Assembly: GCA_964658305.1 (NCBI GenBank)
Contig: OZ210885.1
Coordinates: 11,036,001-11,100,000, forward strand
Direction: 5' to 3'
Length of the DNA stretch: 64,000 nucleotides
From: Leptogorgia sarmentosa
Taxonomy: Eukaryota
Program-made: the position numbers and the translations under genes
The notes under the pieces: generated by a model
Told to the model about the DNA's origin: nothing
What the model saw: the letters and a program-made list of their open reading frames with translations, nothing else
Databases searched by the model: none
Shown here: in pieces, positions 1 to 13,100 of the stretch
Layout of the letters: each line of letters opens with the position of its first letter
Position numbering within the stretch: position 1 is the stretch's first letter

Positions 1-3000
1 AAGCAAGAAATCAGGAAAGCAATACTGTTAACGGCTTCGAGCAAACCGCAACGGTCCAAAATACAGCAAGTATCCAATCTACAGAGAACTCCAGTGGCGG
101 AGAGGGAAGTAGTCCATCAGGAAATGTCGAGGGAACCCGCGATCAGGCGTCCGCATCCCAGCGTGGTTTGTCATTTTCGGTCCAGCAAGATGATTCTGGA
201 AGAGAGTCCATATCATTGAGGAACATTCCACCCACATCAGTTGCAACAACCTTGTATAACAATTACAAGCTCCTTTTGCTATCCCTTGCACAAAACCTTC
301 TCTCCTCGGACGTCATGCTATTACAAGACTGGACGGCTCAGAATTTCTCAATCAATAACCCACGGAATGCCACTGATATTCTCTTTCAACTTGATGAAAA
401 AGGAGTCATCAACGCTTCAGATTTACATCAACTCTCTGATTTCTTTGAATCCATTGTCAGATTTGATCTTGTGCATATTATAGACGCATTTCTCCTTGGT
501 GACTATGATCTACTTCGTCAAAGTCAAGCATCTAAAAAGCACGCTGCAAATCTGGTACAAAACCATGGACGTAGAGCCATTACGAGGAATCCAGGTTTTC
601 TAAATGCCATGAACAGCGGTCAATTTTCGATGAACACGAGCAGAAATCTGTCCAGAGCACCTGTAAACAGTGGAGTACATAATTCCCTGCCTTCGACTCA
701 ACCGCAATCTTCGAGAAGCTTCTCAGATACATCCAATTCAACACGCAGTTCTGTTAGGTCTCTGAGAAACCAATCCTCGGCATCTGAGCAGCAAAACCCC
801 GGTAAACCAGCTGGTGGATTTAATTCAGTTAGAATGGCCGAGGTAACAGTTAATGCGGATGGTCCAGTTACAAGTAAGTGTACCTGTAGTTTCTCATATT
901 TTGATAGATTTTAAAACTTAGTTTCTCTAAAAACAATTTGATGAGTCTTGGCGACTTCGAGTTGTAACCAAAATTAACCATATATGCATTATTTTTATTA
1001 ACCATATATGCATATATGTACTGTTGTTTGTCTTATTAAGTTTTACCCCGCCTATCGAATCGCGTTGTTCTTTAACTGATAGGTAATCCCTTCCAAAATC
1101 GTAACACTTATATACTTGAATTTACCAAACAAATACCTGTCACATTCTTGTGTTAAAATCCCAACCAAAATCCTCAACCTGATCCCAATCCTGATCCTAA
1201 TCTCATTCTAAAAATCTAAAAATAATATCAGCCCCTAGGCCCCCTATAAATCGTGATTCATGTGTACCAAACACTTTGTAAGGTCCACAAGCGTTATTTG
1301 ATTTCTTTATCTGAATTGCCTTGATTAAACAAAGATATTGCGTGAAACAAAAATATTAAATACTATCAAGTTGCTATATTGAAAGGGTATTACTTTCATT
1401 TTCACATGATTAATGACTCGAACTGTGTCGAAAGAAAGTCCACAATACTGGAATCTAGCTCTGTCCATTTTGCGTTGTTTTTTAATATTTCCATGAACTG
1501 CTACGTTCTGTTTATTGCTTCTCTAACTCCTTCTTTAAAAATATAGACGAGAGAAGAACAACGTCTGGAAATGATGGAACAAGGACAACTTTATCATCAG
1601 CAAATGGCGTACGTAATACTCGGGCAGTCGGTAACGGTGGTTCAAAACTTTCCAAGTTCCAACGTCCAGACAATGAACGAAGCAACAGTCTCAACCGGGA
1701 CCCAGACCGAGACGACAACTGGTTATGCAGTCATTACAAACGACATTGTTATGTCAAATTTGATTGTTGTGACAAGTTTTGGCCTTGTCATCGTTGTCAT
1801 AACAACCAAAGCACGTGCGGTCGAAAGAAGCTGAAATCACGTGACACGAAGATGCTGAAGTGTGTATATTGTAACAAAGTACAACAGGTAACCCACATTT
1901 TATGTCGTAGATAAAATTTGTAGGCGACGCCGAACTTGTTCCCAAAAATGATGATTATTTGTGCTAACTGACAAGGAGTATGAGATTAACAATCGTTTGC
2001 GTATTTATTTTCTGAAGTGAAGATTTTGCAATAATCAAATTTAGTATGATAAATATTATTAATAGAGAATGAAGAAATATCTATGAAATTTTTTTAGTTT
2101 GGTGAACATTGCTGCAATTGTGGTGCCAGATTTGCGCAGTATTATTGTGGAATGTGTAAACATTTGACTGGCACCGATGATCATCCGTATCATTGTGAAA
2201 AGTGCGGAATCTGCAGGTATGTTTTAATTAGCATAATCGACATAATTAACACACTCTCTTTAGGTACACCAATTAGTCAATCGACCATAATATACATTAT
2301 GATATATTCTCGGGCTTCATGACTACCACTGCCTGTATGTTTTACGAGAGTCGTAATAGAAAGTACTATGAAACTCGAAAATACTCGAAACTTCTATGAG
2401 AACTATATAGCTCTGACAAAAATAAGGAATCGGGAATAAAGTGTGAGATATTAAGTTGTTTCAATCGAAAAATAGATTTCTATCTGACTGCTAGGTCCCA
2501 CTCAATTGAACCAACTATGAGTTGAATTTCACATATTCTATTCACTTTATGAATCAACCTTAGGAGGTAAAACAAGCGTTGAGTGAACAACAGATACAAG
2601 TTGGGAAATAATAGGTTTTTGGCGGGAAATTGGCTGGGGAGTTTTTATAGGTGAAGAAATTAATGCAATGCAACATTTGTTTTATATCAGAATTCACGGA
2701 GATCGTTCGTTTCATTGTGATGTCTGTGGAGTTTGTTTGGATGTCCAACTTCGTGGAAACCACAAGTGTCGTGAAGGCTCCGCGCATGACGAGTGCTGCA
2801 TTTGCTTAGAGGTACTGTTTCACTTTCAAATATGTTTCACTATGTCACTTTCATTTGTTGTATGAAGTTTTGGAAGTAATTAATCTACTATAGAAACGCC
2901 CTGTATTACGTTTTACTATATATGACCTTGCAAAACAGTTTAGTTTGAACCCCCACCCCTACCCGCCACCTACACACGTAAAAATATCACAATTTGTATC

Positions 3001-4386
3001 GAATCTGTTGTGTTTGCACTGATTATCCCAGTTTGGAGAAAATAGTGTATAATTTTGAACAAGCTTGACGGGAATATCTGACATTGTGACTTGAATATCC
3101 CACATACACCACACCTGAATCACATGTTGTAGCTTCCGTTTTCGATACAAAACCTTTTGTTGCACTTTTTGAAAAGTGGTAACGCTTTTCTGGCAGTAAT
3201 ACAAAAAAGATACAACATGTGCAAGCTTCAGCTGACCGTACTTTCCACAATTCACGATATTTTGCAACCAATCTTCGCAAGTATACCAGGGACCGGTTGT
3301 ATAAAACTCTTAACTATCCGTTTCGTAGTTAAATGATAGTTAACTTTGAAATACGCGTTTCTGATTGCTCAATTTTCGCACTTAACTATAGTTAACTTTA
3401 ACTACGTTTTTATACAAGCGGCCTCAGGACTCTTTCGTGTTTCAAAATTTTTTCTTATCGTCCACAACAGAACACGATTGCCTCTCAACTATTGCTAAAA
3501 CTAACCTACCCCTAAATAGAAAACTAATCCTAATCCCAAAGCTGACCATGACCCTAAAAACCCCTAAAATCTAACCCTAAATTTCGAAAACCTTGTTTTG
3601 GTGGATGTCCGTTTGCGTAATCCCGTTCTTGGTCGAGTCTTTAAATATACACATGCATGCTCGTATTTTTATTGATCAATAAACTGCTTTTTTGTGCAGG
3701 ATGCTTTCACTGGATGTCAAATTCTTCCTTGTTCTCATAAAGTGCACAAAGAATGTGCGACACAAATGATACGCAGCGGAATGTAAGTGTATCTTCTATT
3801 TGAAGATTTAAGTAGAATTTGATCTAGCAGAGGGTAGCCGATAATTCTTCATTCCGATAACTACCGCGGATGTATCGAAAGAAACCCGAATCGAATTTCA
3901 ACACGCTATTGCGCACAAATTTAGTCGTGAAGACAGTTTATCTTTTATAAAGGTGAATGACATACTTTTCAAACAATGAGGGAATGAAACGAAGCAAAAA
4001 TATACGCGTGCGAAAATTGGACTTGTAAAAAAAACATCTAACTCCAACTCGCCCTTGTCTTTCCGCACTGTTTGAAAATTGTGTTATAGGAAACTTTAAG
4101 CGTAATCGTAACTAAAAGGAAAAGTTGACCACGTTCACAACTTAATTTCTATGTTGAAATTCAACTCAATTTTTTGGGGACCCGTGGTTGTACGCCATGA
4201 TTAAAGATCATAGAACCGGTGACCGACTTAATTATTGATTGAGTGATATGTGTTGATAGCTTTCATAGACACTAACTGCAGTATATTCTATTTTTCAACA
4301 GCACACGCTGTCCAATCTGCCGGGAGAGTTTTGCTCACAAACTTGAGCGGCGACCACTGAGTTCACGAAAACGTCCTGGGAAATAA
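1..4386 (+). CDS. DED-like + CHY/CTCHY zinc finger + RING-H2 protein (Pirh2/RCHY1-related E3 ligase), 5' partial
   Basis: Exons <3-873, 1547-1887, 2098-2216, 2691-2811, 3700-3782 and 4302-4386 (TAA), all GT-AG with consistent phases. The frame is open back to base 3. Exon 1 contains YKLLLLSLAQNL...DILFQLDEKGVI...FFESIVRFDLVHII (DED-like, RxDL motif). Later exons give CSHYKRHC..CC..FWPCHRCH (CHY), YYCGMCKH..YHCEKCGICR..FHCDVCGVC (CTCHY) and CCICLE..LPCSHKVHKEC..RCPIC (RING-H2). Confidence 0.88.
3290..3424. mobile_element. Palindromic MITE, Harbinger/Tourist-like
   Basis: Ends ggaccggttgtataaaac ... gtttttatacaagcggcct, flanked by a CAG 3-bp direct repeat. Confidence 0.65.
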
Positions 4387-5718
4387 CAACGTTTAATAGC
4401 CTACAGTGGCCGAGATTTTCATTTCTATGTTTGTTTTGATGTGAATTTCTGAAGCTCGGTCAGGCTGTTCATTCCGGGATTGTAAGTATTTTGTTTCTAC
4501 TATACTTATATGCAAAGTAAACAAGTGTGGAAAATACACTCTTCACGTTCACTGTTAGGGCAGCGTCACCGTGTTTTGCGCATTAATTAATTCGTTCTGT
4601 CTTAGCTGGACGAACTACGGATTTTCTTGAGCATGCGCATTGCTCCGAGACCTTGTTCACACAAATTAGTTATGGCCTCATATCACATGTTAATGTAGCT
4701 TTCAAACGGGAAACAAACAGGAACGAATCCATACGTTAAATGTCTGTTACGATTGGCGTTCGCACTATCGAACAAATATTTGTCCGGTGTCCGGCACTAT
4801 AGTATACGCTTAATCAAAAGTGTACGTATAGTATACGTACTGATAAAAAACATACACGTATAGTTGATCTAAAGCTTTCATGTAATAGCTGGTCAAAACA
4901 AGCAATTATAGCTCGTCGAAATTTTGCATGTATACATTTGCCCGTATACCTGGTTCTATCTTTTATGCTATACTTTCATTATACTCGGAAAATAAAGACT
5001 CCATTTCTGTTTTTCATTTTTATAGACCCAGTCGTTTACTTCAACTTGGTTGCTCTCAGTTTCACATTATTCTATTTTCATATTTTTGTTAGGTTTATTA
5101 CTTTAATTTTAGTTAGTTTAAATTCTTTCATATTCTTGCTTTTACATGCCCAGTTCACACGTCGAACTTTTCATGTACAGCTAACCAAACGAGCCCAGAT
5201 AAAAAAAACTTAGCTCATTAACATTCATATTCAGCACATGGAAGCTGAACAATGAAAAGTACGATGTCTAAACAAGGTCTTGGCTTTGGAAAATGTGCTT
5301 GCATGCAAAATTATGTTTGATCTCTGATTCTACTGAAATTAACAATTACATTACGCGTGCTTAGTGAGCCGATCGTTGATTCGAGCATCGGTCGCACTCA
5401 TCATAAGAGCCTCGAGCTCGCGTGAACTAACTAATAGACAGTTTTAGATCGGGGACGCGAACGTCAAAATGGCGTGGCATATCCATAGATGGACAAAGCA
5501 CGCCATTTTAACGTCGTTTTTGACGTCCACGTTCTCGACCTAAAACTGTCCGATCCAATACTTTGATTAGATTAATTCGTAGCTTCCTCTATATAAGCAT
5601 GCTGATTTTTCAAGGCTTCACAATTCGCTCAAGACCTAAAAGGTATCAGGAAACAAAGCAGGCCCAGACAATATCTAGATATTGCTCCATATATATGGAT
5701 TTAAAATACTTATTTCCA

Positions 5719-5952
5719 CAGGGTGTCCAAAAAAAGTCCCCTCTATTGAAATCAGCTCTTCCGTTGTTATACGTGCGTTGTTATGCCTTTGAGAATATAA
5801 TTGAATGGTTCATGAACGACAGAAGTATTTATAACATCACGTGTTTGTGTTGCTGTTCGTCAGAAGCTAATTTAAATTTCCAGAGTTGCAATAACCCGAG
5901 ATTTAACAACAGAGTGATTTCTATAGACGGGAATTTTTTGGGGGACACCCAG
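5719..5952. mobile_element. Tc1/mariner-type MITE (same family as 41358-41608)
   Basis: Ends cagggtgtccaaaaaaag ... ttttttgggggacacccag followed by TA. The interior closely matches 41358-41608. Confidence 0.75.
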
Positions 5953-6141
5953 TATATCTCTGCAACAATATAATTTTATTCAATAAAAAATTTAAACAAT
6001 CAAGCTTTTGGCCTAGCCTTAAATGTCGTTTAGTTTCAAGTATTTGTCCGACGCTCTCTCTATTTTATTGCGTCAATGATTTTGCTATCGGTAAAACTTT
6101 GTCCAAGACTATAAAGAGTAAGTAAGTTTTTCCAATGGATC

Positions 6142-6481
6142 CAGGGGCGAAACTTGCACCTTCTCAATGGGGGGGGGGTTATGGGCAAAAATGCCCTGCA
6201 AGAAAATCGAATACCCTGCAAGATAACCAGGACCGTAGGTAATATTCCTAAATTGTTGGCGAGCGGGGGGCAAAACTTTTCCGCGAGTAGGCTTACAAGC
6301 ACAAAAACGTTTCATGTACACTTTAATGGCTATTTAAAACTCTTGATAGTCAATTTTTTTCAAATCAATATATATTTATTTCGTTTTGCCCTGCGAACTC
6401 CCTCTTTGCCCTGCAAAGTTAAGCATTGGGGGGTTACTAACCCCCCCTAACCCCCCCCCCCCCCCCTAAATTTCGCCCCTG
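6142..6481. mobile_element. hAT-type MITE
   Basis: TIR caggggcgaaa/tttcgcccctg with a perfect 8-bp TSD aatggatc (6134-6141, 6482-6489). Confidence 0.8.
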
Positions 6482-7895
6482 AATGGATCCATGTAACACT
6501 GATCAGATTAATTCAAATATTCTACCATAAAATAGATTAATTTAAATATTCTACGATATTTTTATATTTTAAAATTATAATAGACCTTTGAATTGTTGCC
6601 ATGTCACTCACACCAGTGTCAAAACAATGAATCGCAATGCAATCTGGGAAACATGTTGGAATATTAAATTTAAAATCTGGGCTCAATCTGGGGAACATGT
6701 TGGAATATTAAATTTAAAGTATTCACATGCGTGGAAAGACCGTGTGATGTAGGAACTTCAAAGATCAATATATTAATCAATGGAAATATTATTAAAATAT
6801 TATTATTAATAACAATTATCAGTTGCAGCTATATGTTCTTTGCATCAAATCCCAATATGTATGGAAGTCGAAGGTTTTAAAAAGGACCGATAGCGGTGAT
6901 CAATATGTTGGCAAATCTCTCATGTTAGACTGGGCATAATGTAGCTTTCTGCAACACTTTTCCCACAACATCTGCATGTTATTCTGAAAAGAAAACCGAG
7001 GGAACGTTTCTTTTCTTTGGTGTTAAGGTTCACTGAAGTAGGGTAATTTGAAAAGGTTCATGGACGTACGAGGCGGGTGATATATCCGCATTCAGATATT
7101 CATCACATGCAGTGTTTTATTTTGGGAAGATATACTTAATATTTTGTAATAAAAATTCCTTCATGGTCAATTTGAAGAAATGTTAAACTGCTATGTTTGC
7201 CCAAGATTTTGCTCTGCTGAAATATTGAAAGGAAAAAATGTTGTTGGCCTTCAGCCAATTTTTTGTTGATTAGTACACATTTCGCTGAGATTATGAAACT
7301 TGGAAAAAATAGTCGTCTTGATTAATCCGTCAAAAAATATTAGTTAGGCTTTTTAAATGTAATCACTTCAAGCACCTCAAGTATACTGGGTTGTGTTTCA
7401 TGTTTATGCATGGACAGAGAGAATCTGTGGGTAACTGTTGATGATACCAGGGACGTTGCGAAGAAGGGATGCGGGGGGGGGGGGGGGTGTCGCACCCCCC
7501 TCAATGTTGCCTCTGTCGGCAAGAGAAGAACAGCTGTCAAATTATGTCTGAACATTTTGAGGCCAGGGTATGTGGGGAAAATATTTTGAAGACTTTTTTC
7601 CGCGCCGAAAAAAGTTGCGATCTAAGTAGATTTCAAAATTGCTCTTCAGCGATATATTCGGCGTATCCAAAATCTTTTCTTATTTTCTTACGTCGATTTT
7701 TAAGGTCGTCGGAGTAGCAGCAATCTTAGCAAGTTATTTCGTTGCAAGAAGAGTCTCCTGCGACTCGATGCTGCCATTTCGTTTGGTAGCTTCCGCACTT
7801 AGCTATGGAAAACAAAGAGCTATTCGCGCGAACTATTTCGGCAAGAAAAAATCCGCTTCGCGCGACAAAATTCGCAAGTGGAAAACCGGCTTTAA

Positions 7896-8141
7896 AGCCC
7901 CTTACAGACGAGCAAGTTTTCTATGACAAGGTTTTATGTGTTATGCGAAGTGTACTAATTGCTATTCTTGCCCGTCTGTACAATTTTACTTTGACAAGTT
8001 TTCGTTGTTGACCGTACAGACGGACAATTTTTTTTAAAAATTGGGAAAATGGGACGTACAGACGAGACGGGACGTACAAAATGGGACGTACAAAGTCACA
8101 TAAAAACTTGTCATAGAAAACTTGCTCGTCTGTAAGGGGCT
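7896..8141. mobile_element. PIF/Harbinger-type MITE
   Basis: TIR agccccttacagacgagcaagttttctatgacaag and its reverse complement; TAA TSD. Confidence 0.8.
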
Positions 8142-8221
8142 TAAGATGCATTTACTGCGATTCGTGTTAAATATATACACCAATAATTGAAAACGATTAG
8201 TGCTGCTTTTAATTATTATAA

Positions 8222-8394
8222 GTAATAGCATGGCTTGAGGGAGATTAGTGATTAAATGGTCCCTTACCCTCGGTAGGTTTGTGGAAATCCCTCGGGCTTC
8301 GCCCGTCCCTCGGGCTTGGCCCGAGGGAATTCCACATACATACTTCGGGTTACGGGACCATTTAATCACTAATCTCCCGAAAAGCCCTGCTATT
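8222..8394. repeat. Long imperfect palindrome with GC-rich branched centre (hairpin-element family)
   Basis: Arms taatagcatggcttgagggagattagtgattaaatggtccc and gggaccatttaatcactaatctcccgaaaagccctgctatta. Confidence 0.6.
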
Positions 8395-8802
8395 AGTTTG
8401 TAATAGCATTGTTTTGTTGTTGTGTAGAATGTAATTACTTGCATGTTTGACCATCCATAACCCAGCGGGCGATTAGACTTTAATTGACCCACTAAAAACA
8501 AAAGAAACCCGGTGAACTATGCTATTACTAGTATTAGGCAAGTTGCGTCTGATGTAAGTCAAATCTTGTGCGAGTTGAAAGTCGCGAGTTATTTTGTTTC
8601 GTTATTATATATCCCCCTATTATTGTGAACTGTAAATGTAGCGAACATGTATCTAACTTGAATAAGTATGTTGTCGATATTTTGTGTGCATTTGATTATG
8701 ATAAATACAAAATAATGATTCTAAATTATTATGTCGAAATATCAACACATTTCTTTGCAACGTTGCGTGCGGTTTTTATCGACAACCATGATTGCAGTGC
8801 AT

Positions 8803-9281
8803 GGACCGGTTGTATCAAAGGCGTTTAGCGTTAAACGGTGGATAAGCAAAAATTTAAAGACATTCCTATTCATTTTACAAATAATTGAAGTTAGATTTTA
8901 TCAACTAAATGTGTAGTTCTGTCGGTTCTATGCTTAGTTACGACAGAAAAGTTTAGTTTCGTTGTATAGTCATAGTTTTTTGTTTGGTATTTTTGACTTA
9001 TCCACCGTTTGAGCTAAACGCCTCCGATACAACCGGCTCCAGGGGCCGGTTGTATCAAAGGCGTTTAGCTTAAACGGTGGATAAGCAAAATTTTAAAAAC
9101 ACTCCTAGTCGTTTTGTAAATAATTGAACCTCAATTTTATCAACTAAATATGTAGTTCTAAGCATACTGGTCATGTTAAGACAGAAAAGTTTAGTTTCCT
9201 TATAGTCTATAGTTTATAAACTTGTTCGATATTTTTAACTTATCCACCGTTTAAGCTAAACGCCTTTCGTACAACCGGCCC
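8803..9281. mobile_element. Two tandem copies of a Harbinger-like MITE (degraded third copy near 35535-35775)
   Basis: Each copy has a ccggttgtatcaaaggcgtttagc TIR and its reverse complement. CAG/CTG trinucleotides flank the second copy. Confidence 0.75.
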
Positions 9282-10160
9282 CTGGGCAGCAGGCGGAGTG
9301 AACGCCTGCGTGGGCGTCTTGTTAATTCTAATACCGTTCTGCAGCAAAGGAGGTGGACCAAAGTCTTAATTGATTGTATCGATTCAAATATGTAATATGA
9401 TCGCCGATTTCCTGTTACTGTTTACGGGAATCAGCTTAGTGCACGCGGTTTGCACACTGAATTTGGCAAGTTGCGATGCAGGAAAGAAAGTTGGATTGAA
9501 TATTTTTCTGAATATGTATTCATATTAATCATAAGTGACACATAGTTCAACAGACAAAAGTTTCGGCTAAAAATTAATCTCAAACCGAAGATGCAGTAAT
9601 CTGTTTTCCCAAAGTTATAGAGAATCATGGTTGGATTGGGTATTTTATTGACTCTACATAACTCGGAAAATTTATTAGATCCGAGCTCGGAATACATTTT
9701 GAAACCTATATAATCACAATCGTGCCATCGATAGTATAATTATCCACTTATTATATAGAATGAAAAACTCCGGCGATCGTTTCTACCTAACGTGTTAACA
9801 GAATCAAAATTTGTACGACTGTCACGAAAATGTTGCCCAATTCATGATTACGGAAAAGATGGCGGGTATAATTTTCGATTGTATGCACTGTTGCAAAAAT
9901 TTTTAAAAAATGCCAAGAAAACTTTAATGACGTAAAATTTTGACTTGACGAACTTATCTTGAGATTTTCATTCAACAAACGCCAGCGTACGTGCTTTTCA
10001 CGACGACTTTTTTCATACCGACAAACGTAAATCCGCCATCTTTTCCGTAATAATTGATTGACGTCTTCCCTGCGTGCAATTCACTGGGAACTCTTCGTTT
10101 TTAAATAACTTCTGTGTTGTGTTCGGAATATTTTTGTTGTGAGAAGCCACATCTTGTGGC

Positions 10161-13100
10161 TTATATGAAGTACTCCTTGAGATCAGAACGTTCTTTCCAA
10201 TCACATGACCTGACAATTCTATGTACTTCATGAGGAAGATTGGGGAAAAGTTTTAGAAAGTACTCCTGGGGACTTCCCACAATGTAAAATTCTTTCGGTC
10301 GTGGCCTTGGACGTTCCTGCCAGTGTTGGGCGACATTTCTGATAAATCTCAAACAGTCCGTCCTGGTTGGTTTATAGGAAAATATTTTTTTCTTTGAAAA
10401 ATCGGTTGATAAATATTTCAGTACTTTGGGTGTTATTTCATTTTGCCAATCTTTTCCATCTACATTTAACTTCATCACGACATTAGACGTAACATCCCCA
10501 GACTTTATCTCAGACTCGTTTCCCACTTTACACAGCATTTCAAACTGTCGTTCAGCGGACTCAAGATACGGGTGTTTTAGTGCTTCTTCGGCCGACGGTC
10601 TATCGTAGGGATCATGACTTAGCATCCAGGTTATTAAATCCTTTGCAACATCATCTGTCAAGGTATCTAAGCCGACTGGATTGCCATCACGTAAATGGCG
10701 AAGTCGGTCTAGTTTTGAGCCAAAAGCATATCCACCTTTTGTCAGAATGTGAAATGCAATCATTCCTGCCACCTAAGTATGAAAAAGATAAGAAAATTAC
10801 AGTGACAACAGAATCATCGTGATAGCTAGAAAGGAAACTCCTCGCAGCGCAGAACTTGTTACTCGCTTCTATTGGTTCCGAACGCGAAGGAAAAACTATG
10901 CATGAGAACGTGGTCAAGAAAATATTGCAGAGCATTATTTTGACGTCTATGTTCTACATACACCTAGAATACCGGGTAGCTCAAAAAAGTACTGTTTGAT
11001 TCAGTATAACTCAAACACTACAAGTGATATTACACTCAAACAAGTAGCATTTACCTAGTTCAGTAATGTCTAACTTAAATTTTGGTATATGCCAACCACA
11101 GTTTAACTCATGTTTTGTGAAATATTTGGGTTTGAAAATAAGTGACCATTTTCAAAAATGTTGAAAATTGGCTAAAAACAGCCAATTAAGTAACGCTAAT
11201 TTTGACAACATGGGCCACCAATTTTCTTTTTGTAAACGGAGTGATTGCCATTGGCATCCTTGTTCTCCTAACTTAACTGGGTGGGATTTTTTTCCCTGGG
11301 GCTTCTTGAAGCATAAAATCTGCAACGTGCCTCCTGATCAAGAACCGAAAAATTTGAGGGAGCTTCGTAACGAGATTGTAACAGCATGTCGCAATCTGGA
11401 TACCCAGATCATCCGAAATTCCTTCGACTGTATGTTCACACGAGCACTTCTATCTGGAAAACGAACATCTACTTTCCGACTGCAAATGTTATTACGGTAT
11501 CTAATAATATACATGAAAACATTTCTCGATTCTGATTGGCTGAGAGCAGTGCAATTTTAAAGAAATTCAGTGCCAAAAGAAGAAATTCAGTGCAAATTTC
11601 TTCAGATGTTTATGTCTTGTGATTGGCTGAGATTACAAAGCTAGCCAATCAGATTAAGCCATTTCTAGCGAACAATAACAAAATATGAAATTATTCGAGG
11701 ATGAAAAAATGGCTGCCGCTTTGGGTAGATTTTTTTAGCAACAGACAAATAAATGATAGAGTGGCATTAAAATAGTTCGAAAAATGAAAATACCAGCAAA
11801 GATATCAAGTCTTTTGGTTTATTGTGCGGAGAAAATGGTGCATTCAAAAGGAAATACAGCGCCAGATACAAAATATTCCGCAAGAGGAGTTAGATTATAT
11901 ATTTTGCTCGATTGTTTTTTAATGCTGAACGGAAAACTGTGAATTAAAAAAGAAACTTAAGAATGATATAAACAGCAGTCGATGATGACAACCTTTTTAC
12001 AATACGCGACAGAGATTTCTCTTCGTTCGAGCAAGTGTTCGATGGACAAGCAAAACAACTCCGTATAATAGCGGCCGAACAAAGCGTGACAAGTATAATT
12101 TATTTAAATTTTTTCATGTAGTATATTATTAACAAGTAATAGTATGGTTGCTCGTGCAATTTGGAAAAACATACACTCGTGAGTTTCTCAAAGACTTCAA
12201 ATTTCACTCGTCCTTCGGACTCGTGCAATTTTGAATGTCTTTTGAAAAACTCACTGGTGCATGTTTTTTCCAAATTGCACTCGAAACCATACTATTACCT
12301 ATACTAAGTATAGGTAATCGCATGGGGCCGAGTAAAATTAAGGATTAATTTCACTGGTGTTTTCGAAGTTCCAGAAATTGCCCGAGTCGCGAATGCGATT
12401 ACATGTTAATCATATATTGAAGATAAGATCTACTCAAACATAAATCGCTAGAAATTGAAATTTGCATGTCAACTTTAGGTTTTAGATTCGGCACATCGAG
12501 CGGCACTATATATAGTTATTAATGTCGCTAAAAAACGTTGGGAAATGAAATAAACGATATACAAATTAATTAAACCAGTGCCGGATTATCAAGGGGGCAA
12601 TGGGGGCATTTTCCCCCGGCCCCAGCTCAAAAGCTTGTTTACCGGCCCAAGAAAAACAATGTATAAAAAATTTCAGTTACTGTGGGTTTCGAAAAAACAT
12701 AAATTTTGATTAAAAATTGGTCAATTGAAAGCCAGGAAGTTCTAGAGTCCTAAATTACTCAAGAATTATCTGCGTCTATATACAGCGATAAGATTGCAAA
12801 CTTCAACCTACTTAGCATCATAGGCGTACGAGGCGGGCGCCCCAAAAAAATTCAAATTGGAAAATTCGGGCACCGATTTTGAGCATAATTCGGGCAACAT
12901 GAGGAATAGGTTGAAGGAATAAGGTAATGTCAACAATCCTCCAGTCGTTCACCTGAACGAGCGTACCAAGAAAGTGGAGTTAGGACTTTCAAATCGCCGT
13001 TTCCGGCAATCCGAGGTTGTAAAAGTTCAAAAGTTTCTCGCTCGGCGCCGCAATTTTCCCTTTCGTAAACGGTCGTTGCCTTCCCAAACGGTCGATGCCT

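Noticed and set aside
4938..5213. Hydrophobic 91-aa ORF resembling a membrane protein
   Set aside because: TTG start in T-rich DNA downstream of the stop codon; F/L/I richness is a compositional artefact.
6169..7500. Poly-G/poly-C runs as G-quadruplex regulatory elements or telomeric DNA
   Set aside because: They lie in subterminal regions of hAT-type MITEs, where such runs are common.
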